From the NCBI GenBank assembly GCA_951406725.2, contig OX597815.1, positions 174,902,001-174,966,000 of the forward strand: 64,000 nt of DNA. Reading direction: 5' to 3'. The notes under the pieces are model-generated. The model was not told the DNA's origin. It did no database searches and saw only the letters and a list, made by a program, of their open reading frames with translations. The translations under genes and the position numbers were made by a program. Positions 47,472-59,913 of this stretch are shown here, piece by piece (position 1 is the stretch's first letter; the number at the start of each line of letters is the position of its first letter). The DNA comes from Octopus vulgaris. Its lineage: Eukaryota.

Positions 47472-50400
47472 GAGGTGCAATGGCCCAGTGGTTAGGGCAG
47501 CGGACTCGCGGTTTCGATTCCCAGACCGGGCGTTGTGAGTGTTTATTGAGCGAAAACACCTAAAAGCTCCACGAGGCTCCGGCAGAGGGTGATGATCCCC
47601 GCTGTACTCTTTCACCACGCTTTCTCCCACTCTTTCTTCTGTTGGCCTGCTCGCTTAGCCAGCGGGGTGGCGTCATTCGAAGGCTAAAACAATGTGAACG
47701 CATTGTGACCAGCGATGTGTAACTACATCTGATGGACTGGTCGGTCACGTGATCACGTGATATATATATATATGAGGACTAAAACTACTGCCGGTTTGCT
47801 ATGCTTGAGACAATACATCCAGTTAAGTAAATATGTGATCCTCCTTGCATATAGGTATGTCCCCTGCATCCCTCTTCAGCTAACCAGCTGCTATCAAACT
47901 GTCCGACCCATGCCAGCATGGAAAATGGACGTTGAATGATAATGATAAAGATGATGACGACGATGATAAATATTTAGCAGAAGCAATAGTGACTCCAGAA
48001 CCAAGAGTTTCATGTATTAGAACTTATCAAGTTTGGTAAGTGCTAACAAATGAAACTCTTGGCCTTGGAGTCACTGTGTAACTTTTGCTAAATAATGATA
48101 ATAATCATATATATATACATACACACACACACACTCATGTTCTGAATTCTATTTTCCCTGTTTATATTGCCAAAGTTGTATATACGAGGGAGAGTCAAAA
48201 ATTATATGCACTCTTGTTTTTTCCAATGTATTTACACAACAGCAGGGGATGAACAAGTATGTCATTTTTCTATAGAGTCTCCTTCTTTTTCGATACACTT
48301 AATCCACAAATCCACAAGCTTGTGTATTCCCTCCGAAAAGAAGGTTTCGGTTAATTATGCAACCATTTATGTATCACTTCCTTCACATTTTCATCCATAG
48401 AAAATCAATGACCTTGTAAATCATCTTTGAGCAGTTCAACGATATGACTGTCAGAAGGGGCAAGAGCTGGGTTGTAGGCAGAGTGCTCCAGCATCTCAAA
48501 ACTCAATTGGTTAATGGTTTCAACAGTCTGGGTGGTAGTGTGTGGGCATGCATTGTCCTGCAATAACAAAACTTTCTTGAACAACAGACTTCAATATTTG
48601 ATGCGAAATGCTGGCTTCAGTTTGTTGGTCAGCAAAGCACTGTATCTTGCTCTGTGGATTGTACACCCCTTTTCCAGCAAGTTTTCCAGTATAGGCCCTT
48701 TTGAGTCCCAAAAAAGGGTTAGTATCACCTTTCCCGCAGAAGACTGAGTCTTGAATTTGTTCGTTGCTGGCAAGCCAGGATGTTTCCACGCCATACTCTA
48801 TCTGTTCATCTCCTGTGACTATTCTGCTCAAGAATTCCTCGCCCTCATTGTTGTAGCGATCAAGTAGACAGCAGACCTCCAGACATTTGTGCTTGTGCTC
48901 TGCAGTAAGCTTTCTTGCACAGATTTTATGGAAGCCAAGCTCATCGTGAATGATTTGATAGGCAGAACCATCATTAATCTGCAGTGAATCTCATTGCCAG
49001 CCCACCATTACCATCTCTTGAGCTTACTGAGAAATTGGATCACTGCTCTTTGTTCTTCTTTGGTGCACATTGCTAGTGGAGCGGCTATGCCTATACTGAA
49101 GCCAGAAAGAAAAATGGTGAGATCAGGCTCAAACTTCAATCACATGACCACAATAATACCAACTATAAGCACACATGCGCAGAAGGCAGTGTGACAATAA
49201 TAAAGATATGTTATGGCGAAAGGGCAGATAATTTTTGACTTCCCTCATATATAAATATGTGTGTGTACGTACACACACACACACATATATATACACACAC
49301 ACACACATACATACACACATATGCACATATACAGGGTGTAGTGAATAAATTGTTGTCTAAATTATGCAAAAATGAAAATAACACTGACATCTCTTTTTAA
49401 CAGATTTACCAAAATTACATTAAAATATCTTGAAAAACTAAAGAGTAAATTTATTCAATAAAATCGCCGTTGGCTTCAACCATTGCCTCCAGATGACTTC
49501 GGAATCTCCTGCAGCTCTTCTGGACAGTCTCCTTGTTTAAGTTGGTGAATGCTGCCATAATCCTTGCCTTCAGTTTATCTTTGGTGTTACAAGGAGTTTT
49601 GTTAGTCACTTGCTCAATTGTGCCCCACACATAATAATAAAGGGGGTTGCAGTCTGAGGAGTCAGGCAGCCAGAAGTTAGAGGTGATATGGTCACAGAAA
49701 TTGTCTGACAACCACGACTGGGTTCTCCTGCTTGAGTGGAATGGTGCAGAGTCCTGTTGCTAGACATAGGGTCTTCCAGCAGCCACCCTCTTGACCCAGG
49801 ATAGTGCTGCCTCCTCCAAGCATTTAATGTAGGCTTTCAAGTTGAGTCTGAGGCCATGTAGGAAGATGAATGGAGGCATAACATCACAATCACTAATGAT
49901 CACCCCAAACACCATGATGCTGACTGGATGTTGATTTTTATCACTCTTGGTACATGTTTTGGGGACATGGCAAGCTAAGTGTTGTTCTCTGTATTCACCA
50001 ACTGATCCTGGCAGAAATTTTTCTTGTCTGAGAAAAACCAAAGCATGTTCAGTTGGAGGAGATACTTGAATTTGTTCTAAAACTTCACAGCACAGTCTTT
50101 CCTCTTGTCCTTGATGGCTTGGGATAAGAATTGGCCCTTTTTCATCTTGTATGAGGAATACCAAATGTTTTTGTGCACTACCTGTCTGATAAGAAACTCA
50201 GACTGTCCCATGTCCCTGGTGATGGACCTGATTGACTTAGAAAGATTGTTGTCAATCATGGCCTGGATATCACCAACAAATTCAGGAGTTCTTTTCTTAT
50301 CAGAATGATCAGAGTTAGTTTTCCGAGCTGCCGTACCTTTGTAATCACCATTAGACTCATCCAACTTGTTCTGAATCCTCTGCACTGTCCTCAGATTGAC

Positions 50401-53400
50401 ACCCAAACACTCTGAAATGTTTGTATTGGAGCTTCTAACACAAATGAAGAAAGGCTGAAGACGCTCGACCTTTATTCTCTCGAAAAACGCCGCTGCCGTG
50501 GTGATCTCATTCTCGCTCACAACATCATAAGCGGAAAGTGTAACCTCTCGAAAGAGCTGTTCTTCACTCCTGCTCCAGAGCATGGGCTGCGCGGTTACTC
50601 CAAAAAGGTCTATCTACAACGATTTCATCTCAATTGAAGGAGAGGGGCTTTCTCCGTCCGGGTTGTGGATCCGTGGAATAAGCTGCCGGACAAGATAGTG
50701 AAGATGCCGACGACCGCTCGGTTCAAAGCTTCTCTTGACCAGAAATGGCCTGAACTCTTTCTATGACCACCCTCCCTGTACATAACTCCCTGTCCCCCTA
50801 CATGACCTTGCTTTTGCTTTTTGAGCCAATAAAAATTGAATTGAATTGAAAATGCCAAGCAGTACAGCATGTCATTTCCAAATTTCTGAATTGCATCATG
50901 GTGCTCTTTTTCTCACAGACGGTGCCCAACTGATCCTACTATACTATGTAATCGACAAAATCAAAAGAAAACAATGCACATGCAAAAAATTAAAAATATA
51001 AAATAGCGAAAATTTAACTATCGCATCCTGTATATATATATGTAATACATATATAATACATACATATATGTAATAAATAAGGTTTGATAGGATCCAGTGT
51101 GTCCAAGGTGTGAAGTGTGTTCCAATGTTGTCCATTGGCACATCAGATCCTATCAAACCATCCAACCCATACCAGCATGGAAAACAGACATTAAATAAGG
51201 ATGATGATACAGCATATCTACATATGTATTACATAAGTAAGGTGAGAGTTGACTATGAATACAATGATGAATTTAGCATCATGTCAGCATGAAAAACAGA
51301 TGTTAACCGATGATGATGACGATGATGATGATGACAATGATGATGTAGGTGTTCAACTGGGCTCAGTTCTTAGTCCACTCCTATTCATCATAGTCCTCCA
51401 GGCCATAACAGATGAGTTCAAAACTGGATGCCCATGAGAACCACTATATGCTGATGACCTTGCTCTTATTGTAGAATATGGTATGTTTACACCCCCGTAA
51501 CCTAGTGGTTCAGCAAATGGAACTGATAGAATAAATACTTAACCCTCTTGAGACCAACCCAGTTGAAACAACCTCTGGCTCTGTCATACAAATGTCTTGT
51601 TTTCATAAGTTCTGAATTAAAATCTTCCACCAAACCTTAGTCACAATTTATGTTCCTAACACTAGCTAAATGATAACTAAGTTATTTTACGAAGTTCTTT
51701 GTTATATTTAAAATTAATTGAAAAAAACAGAGCATCTCAAAAGAAATCTGATAATGAAAGGGTTAAATAAGTACTGGGATCAATTTGTTCAACTAAAATT
51801 CTTCAAGGCAGTGCCCCAGCATGGCCACAGTCTAATGACTGAAACAAGTAAAAGATAAAAGGTGATGTTCTCTTGAAAGTTTTTAAAATCTTTTAAACAT
51901 TCAAACTTTCGAAAAGCAAAAAAAAAAAAAAAGAGAAAGAGAGAGAGAAAAATAGAAATTATATATTTTTCTAAATAATTATTTTTTGATTATGTGACCT
52001 TGTTAGCTTCAGTTGTTTCTGAGATATGCAAGTAAACATTCAAATAAAGAAACATCATAACACAGTAGCACTTAATATTTTGGAAGATGCATAAGTTAGA
52101 GGAGAGAATAATGGTCAAGTAAAGAAATATGAAAGTAAAATAGAATGAATAAAACAAACATCTTCATCTTTCCAAAGTCCTGGTTTTGCAAATGATTCTA
52201 AAAGGTCAGCACCACAGAGTAGCTTGATCTGGGCAGTTGGCTGATTAAAACACAAGTTCTGCAGAGTCATTCGTGTCCCATCAACTTCATCTGAAATACA
52301 AAATTCAACAAAACAATTCTCTTAGATCAGGTGATATATAATATATCAGATGATATATACTATAACAGATGTTAGTTTCTCAATCTATAGAGAAATAACT
52401 AAATTAGACCTGTTTATATATACATAGGTTGCATATAATAGCTTGGATGGTATATATCATCCAAGCTATTATATATATATATAATAGCTCCGATGATATA
52501 TATACCAATTAGCCTTCTAAAATAATAAATATTTATGTTAGAGTCATACAAGACATGTACAGGGATGCGGTCAGTAGGCCATGAGTACAGTAACAAATTT
52601 GGTGTACAAGTAGGGGTTCACCAGGACTCAGTTCTCAGTCCCTTTTTATTCATCATAGTCCTCCAGGCCATAACAGAGCAATTTAAAACTGGTTGTCCCT
52701 AGTGCCGATAACCTCACTCTTAACATAGAATTTGTAATGGAGTCAGAGAAGAAATCCAGGGATGAGAGCAAAACTTGGAATCAAAGAGCCTTAAAGTTAA
52801 TCTAGCAAAGACCAAAGTTGCTGTGAGCAAGAAAGCAGATAAGACCATCTTTCTGTCAGGTAAATGGCTCTGTTCAGTATGTAGGAAAGGTGTTGGAAGG
52901 AATTCCATTCATTGCACCCAGTGCAAGCTATGGACACTTAAGAATGCAGTGAAATCACATGCTGGTTAACAGGGAAAGTTGTATTTGTACATGAACAATA
53001 TGTGACAAGGACACACAGGAATTACATTCTTAAATTCCTAGGAGACTCCATTGAGGTTGTAGATAGTTTCTGATACCTAGGTGACCTAATCAGCAGAGAA
53101 TGAGAATGTTCTGAAAGTATTGTTGCAAGAATAGGAACAGTATGTAAGAAGTTCAGAGTGCTATTATGTCTGTTGGCAACAAAAGGACTCTCTCTCTCTC
53201 AGAGTGGAAGGCTTCGATATGAACTGTTCCATGGTAGTGAGACATGGGCTCTGAATTCAGAAGAAATGCATAGACCAGAGAGAAATGAAGCTGGTCAACA
53301 AATGTGCAAAATCAGTGTGCATATATGATGAAGTGCAAATGTGCCAAGTGAAAAAGTTTGACATTAGAGAAATCAGATGCTAGGGAGAAGACTATGTTGA

Positions 53401-56400
53401 TTTGGACATGTGATATATAAGAAAACAGCTGTATAAAGAAGTGCTGACTGCTTAGATTGGGTGGAATCTGTGGAAGAGGGAAATCCAAGAAGACATGGGA
53501 TGAAGTAATGAGGGCCAATCTCAAGATATTGGGTCTCACAGGGATGACAATGGACTGAGATGTCTTGCACTCTCATGAACTCCCTACCCATGCACCCACA
53601 ACAATTCCTTACTATTCCATTTATATTCACACACTTATACCTTGAGAGTATGCCCTGGCACATCACCACCATCTCTCTCTCTCTCCCTCCCTCTCCCTCT
53701 TTCTCTCTCTTCCTCTGACTGGTATATCCATGTATCTTCTCTACAGCAAGACACCTGTTTCTGTCCCTTTACCAAAGAGTAATCTCTCATCACCTGACAC
53801 AAATCCACGTCCTTCAACACCCCTCTCAGTTGAGCGATCTTTGTCTTGCAAGTTACGTGGTGACCTCACCAGTGCTGACGCATGGACCCAACACACACTA
53901 GCATGGGAGATAAGACATTAAATGATGATGAGGATAATAACAATGATGATGATGACGATGATATGTGTGTATAACAGTTACACTTCTGTACAACATAGTC
54001 TTGTAAATTTCTGCCAATGCTTTGATTGAATCACAACGGGACCGATGTCCAAGCTGATGGTTGCAAGACAATCTTGATAAACCCACCTGTAGCAATTGAT
54101 CATTCTGGTTTTGCATTTTATTTGGATAATTACAAACCTTTTCACAATACATACCCAAATATTGTCTCAACAGCATATCAACTCAGGAATTACAGCTTTC
54201 TTCCACAACATATTGCAAGAGAAAGACCTTTCCTTGGACAGAACATCAGGGTGAACACAGTGCAGCAGGCTATCAGTTGCAAAACTCTCCTGTTATTTGT
54301 CAGAGATGCAAAATCTCCACCAAAGCACACCTGTTCTTGTCTCCAGGTAATTAATGTAATTGTCTTCTTCTATGTTTCACTTTTTCATTTTTTTCTAAAG
54401 CAGATTCATATCCAATGCACCTCCATTTGTTGTATTTGGCCAGCATGAAATAAATTGTGTTGGCCAATCAAGATCTTCTCCAGGAGAATCTGAAGTCAGA
54501 ATCTGCAGAAGAATCGGACTTTTTCTAGAAAACGGTTATTTTTAGTGTTCTCTCTCTAATTGTTTATCTGTAAAGAAACATCATTAGGGCCCAACATAAA
54601 AGAAACTATAATAAACAAATCACTAAGAAACTGTACTTATCATCATCATCATCATCATTAACGTCCATTTCCCATGCTGGTATGAGCTGGACAGTTTGAC
54701 AGAAGCTGGCTAGGCAAGAAGCTGCACCAGGCTTCATTGTCCATTTTGGCATGGTTTCTACAGCTGGATGCCCTTCCTAACACCAACCACTTTATAGAGT
54801 GTACGGGTACTTCTTATATAGCACCAGGAATGACAGGGTTACCAAGTACCTTGCAAGACAAAAAGAGCAAAAGTTCCTCTGTTGGAAATGGGACAGTTGT
54901 CACAGGATGGCTGTGTGGTTAGGCTGTTCCATTCATAACTAGATGGTTTTGGATTCAGTTTTATATGGGGCAAGAATGTTCAGATCTTGCCTCTGGAAGG
55001 CCTGCAGGAGTGACAGTTCCTATTCTTGGATTAGTAGATTTAATCCATAGCTAAGTTTAACATCCCCACCTGGGTGCCTTTACTGGGGTTCTACACTGTT
55101 GCAAGCATTGATGTCCACTATTCAATTTAAGGATAACTTTCTCGTTTCTTTGCACCTTTCAATCTCAGACATCTTCCTCTTCTAAATTGTACCAAAAGGC
55201 AAACAAGACACTTTAACCCCTTGAGTCTAACTTTCTCCTCCACCTGGGCTTTTGAGCAAAAAAAATAAATAGTTGCATAGACAGATCAAAAGCAATGATT
55301 TCAGGTAAACTAATGGATGGAATCACAAAAAAAAATTCAGGTAAATAGCAATAATGAGCCTATTTCACAACTGTTGTGTTTGTTCACCCGAATCACTACT
55401 TTCCTATCATATTCACCAGTCTGATTGGCCAAATCACTCTCATTGCCTGCCTAAGAGTAAACTCTTTGTCTGAAGAATAAACATCATCAATAATTTCCTC
55501 ATCTGTAAAGAATCTAGGCCTTGCTCATTTACCAGATAAAGTGCTGGGTTCATCCCATGCTCATGTAATTGTAAATAAATCTTTCTTTTCATATTTTCGA
55601 TTAAAAATGAAAGTAAACAACAGCTATGGGGTAAACCATTAAAAGTGAGTCACAAACACACTTGACTACAAAACTGCAACAAGATCTGTTGTCTATTTTT
55701 AGTATATCTTCCTTTTCCATGTGTATGTGGTTCATTATAACTCTATTGAGAATCTGGTAGAGATTATGTTTTGGCTATTCTCACTATATCAGGAACACAG
55801 CACAATATAGAGTTAAGATATGACACTCTGAATGTGTATATAATTTAAAGAATTTTAAAAAATTTCTGAATGAGTCCATTTGAGGAATATATCCTGCATC
55901 CCAAGTGCTTGTTTACACATGCATAACCAATTAATGTTGTATTTAGGTGATTTACAATATGTGAAGTGATGGTTTGACTCACAATCATAATGGTGTGGGT
56001 TCAATTCTTGGATCAGATGACACAGTGTGTCCTTGAACAAGGTGCTTAATATAACATTGCTCCAGTCTACTAAGATGACAATGAGTACAAACAATACTGG
56101 TGCAGCTCCCTTCAGCCATGACCTTCTCTATGTGTCACTGGATCATATCATAACAAATTGAGAGAATGCCTGTCTGCTCACAACTATATAGGTACCTACA
56201 ACAATTTGTTATAGCACAGTCTCTTATTACCAAGTCCTACTCATTCAAGCATGACAAATGGTTCTCTCTTGAAGCTGAATTTAAACATCATATAAAATCC
56301 AACATTTTTTATCCATTTCTGGTGTAGAATCTGGTAGTTTTCCTTATAAAGAAATGTTTGAGGCACAGCTGCTCTGTAAATTTTACCTTCGACAACATAA

Positions 56401-59400
56401 CACGTGACAGTGCCATTGGAAATCAGTATTACGTAGATTTTATTCTACATCTATACAAGCTATGCCTGCTTCTAAGTCTCACATCTGCTGTTTATGAAAA
56501 CACCACTAACCCCACCACCACCATGTCCTCATATTCTAACAGTCTGTAATCATTAGTGGTTTTGTAAAGATTACTGGTAGGAAGAAATTAAAGTCTACTG
56601 GCATTATTAATCTGCTGTTCTAAATAAACGTTAGTAAAACAAATTTAAAGTGTTGACAAAAAATTCTGCATAATCTGTAGAAACACTTCTGAAAAAGAAA
56701 AAAAAAGAATTCATTTAAAAGTTATTCCTGTTAAATCCTATTCAGACAGTTCTTACCTTTCGAAACATTTTTTAAAGATATATTAGCATTGCTGTCAACT
56801 GTACGTAGTTTAGAACTATGATGCTCCAAGACATGGAGAGTCTCTGTCCATTTGTCTTGTTCACTTTCCCATGTGTCTAACCTAACATGGATAGAAAGTG
56901 AAGAAAGAAAGAAGAAAAATATGAAAAGACAAAAGACTAAAGAAAGAATAAAAAAAAGAATATAAGAGAGAACAAAAGAATGAAAAAAACAACAAAAAGT
57001 TATTTTGGTAAGTTTGGAATTAATATTGGATCTTTAGTGAAAATGGTAAAACAAAAGACATGCAGGGGTCAGGTGAGGGAAAGGGAAAAGACGTGCACTG
57101 TGGCAGTGCATTGCTGCATTCACCATTTGTCGATATATTCTGGGATTCTTCTGGGCAACCTGTCAAGCAGAATCCCAGTCCTATTCCCACAAGATACCTC
57201 CTTGTCTGCCATGACCATTTGCCATATGGTCAACCAACTACAACCATCAACCCAACCAAACCCTCAGTGAAGAGAACATGGTAAGTAGGGTCTCTAACAC
57301 AGAAAATCAAGCAACAAAACCAAACAGTCTGAGCTGACACTTTCAAATCACACAAGTAACAGGGTGCATCCCAGTTTCTGAGCAGAATTGTTGGTTAGAT
57401 ATGAAATCCACTCAATGGTGACCTATAATCATGTGGAGTCTCCTAGCACCAAAGGAGTTGAAGTAGCTCCTAAAAACCCTGGACAGTGTCCAAGTCTCAT
57501 AACTATAGAGCAGAACAGGGAGGACAAGAGACATAAAGGTCTGAAGTGTTGTTCCTCTGCAACAGATATTGGTGGTGCCAAACAGCCTTGTCCAATGAGT
57601 CCACAACTGCACCAGCTCATCTAAGGGGTTTTAGGACTTCAGATTTGCAGTTGATGCCTCTATGAATCTTGCTGCCAGAATAAGTGTGCCAGATACTGTT
57701 TTGATTGTTCTATTTAGATTTCAGCTTCTTTATTCTATTTTGCCAAGGCCTAAATCAAGTAGGTTTGTGATGACATAAACAGCAATCCCTCTGACTTGCC
57801 AAATATGACCAACAACAGAAGTGGATGACAACACAGTGATGTACAAGTTCATACAAGCAGTGTAACCGGATGAGGACCATGAATGGTGAGACTAAATAGT
57901 TCTAAGACATATATGTATGGACTTTTGCTGCACTGCTCAGGATTAGCAGGTGTGTATTGTTGGCATTGTCATCATCATCATCGTCAACATTGCTTAATGT
58001 CTGTGTTCCATATTGGTACGGACAGGACAATTCAATGGGAAACAAATCAGAGGATTGCCCCAAGCTCCGATGTCTGCTTTAGCATAGCTTCTACATCAAC
58101 CCCTCTACAGAATGTACTGTGTTTTTTTCCACAACAGTGGCTCTAGTGAGGTCACCAGGTGACTTGCCAGACAAGAGCCCTCAATTGAGTGGAGGTGTAG
58201 TATTGAGGGAAGTAGCTTTATGCCAGATATTGAGAGGTAAAAGTAGGATAACGGGACAAGTACAGATGTCTTGCTGCAGAGGAGACGAATGGCTTCCCCA
58301 GCTGGCAAGAGGGCAAAGAGACAGTGAGGGTATAACCCCAAGGTACAAGGTGAACAGAATAGAGATTCAAGGTCAGAAAGAGTGGGAAAGTGAGTTTGCG
58401 AGAGTGTGAGAAGAAAGAGAAAAAAGGGTTGGAGATGAGGTAAACATGGTCTCAGTGAACGGATGGGGGTAGAGAAAAAAATAGAAAATCCAAATGAAAT
58501 TTCTTATACTGATACCTGACCCAGTCCATTGATTCTAATGCTAACTGAACCATTTCACAGCGATGAGTAGCTTTCTCCAACCCCTGAAAGAGAAATTTTA
58601 CAGTAATTAGGCAGAAGCTTTTATCCCTTTAGTGTTTAAACCGGCCATATCCGGCCAAAATATTCTACCTATTTTATGTTCAAACTAGTCAGATATAGTC
58701 ATTCATAGCTATCTTATTGTGCCATTTTAAAAATAAACAATCACATCATTGAAATCTCAAAGCCATGAAATGATGCAGGATTAATTTTACATGGTGTGAA
58801 TACATAAGCTTTACATTTGACAGAATAATCTGAATGCTAAAGGGTTATATAAGTGGGTGATTGGGTGTGCATACGTTTTATACCATCATCATCATCATCA
58901 TCACCACCACTGCTATCATCATCATCATTGCCACCACCACCACCACCACCACCACCATCATCATCGTCATCATCATTTAATGTTCACTCTGCTATGTTTA
59001 CTTGGTCAGACAAAATTCCTCGAGGCAGATTTTTCCACTGCCACACGTCCTTCCTGTCACCAATCCTTGCCTGCTGTTTTCAAGAAAAGTAATAGTTTCC
59101 AGAGTCCTTTGAATACAAACAGCACAAAGGTTGCGCATGACTTCACAGAGGATTACAAATGAATGACATCCACCTGTGTTTGATGGAGACATTCATTTAC
59201 AACAAGGACATAATCTCAAGACAATGGGACACACACACACACACAAAAAGGATTTTTTCAGTTTCTGTCTACCAAATCTACTTGCAAGGCTTTTGTTGTT
59301 AGGTTGGCACAGGGATATAATAAAAAAACGCCCAAAATGGACAGTAGAATTGAACCTGAAACCACATGGGTAGGAATCAAATTTCTCAACTGCATCGTCA

Positions 59401-59868
59401 TGCCTGTGCATAGCTATGTCTTATCTCTCTCGATATAAACGGCAGTTTGTCTGTCTGTGTGTCTGTCAGGTTGTACCCTCACCCTGACCACAGCTTTCAA
59501 CCGATTCTGATGAAACTTGACACACACATAGCCCAATGTCATAATTCAAAACTAACGCAGCAAAAATTTTGAACATTCATGGTGCATTTTAGAAAAACAA
59601 GTAAAGAGTCGATATCCTCCATCATCATCACTACAAGAACTGGAGACTGTTTTAGCTGAAGAATAGACAAAAATTCCTTTGGAAACAATTCAAACTTTGT
59701 ACAAGTCCATACCTCGTAGAATTCAAGCTATATTAAAATTAGCGGGAAGCTTTATGAAAATAAACAAAAGACGAAGACAGGTGGAATACAAACAAACAAA
59801 ATTAAAACAAATATATTAAAATTAATTTGTTTGAAATTTTAAGATGTTTCCATTATTTTGTCCAAACC

Positions 59869-59913
<45 letters not shown>

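Noticed and set aside
47470-47530. tRNA gene candidates at SINE heads
   Set aside because: A/B boxes are present but there is no full cloverleaf, and the sequence continues into the SINE body
53960-54570. ORF 54026..54448, or an extra NMNAT exon after the acceptor-like TTTACAG
   Set aside because: Stops follow the acceptor, no recognisable motif, and the flanking NMNAT exons join in phase; probably decayed TE
58510-58515. Donor GTATCA as a second U12 intron
   Set aside because: Lacks the ATCCTT consensus; treated as U2-type
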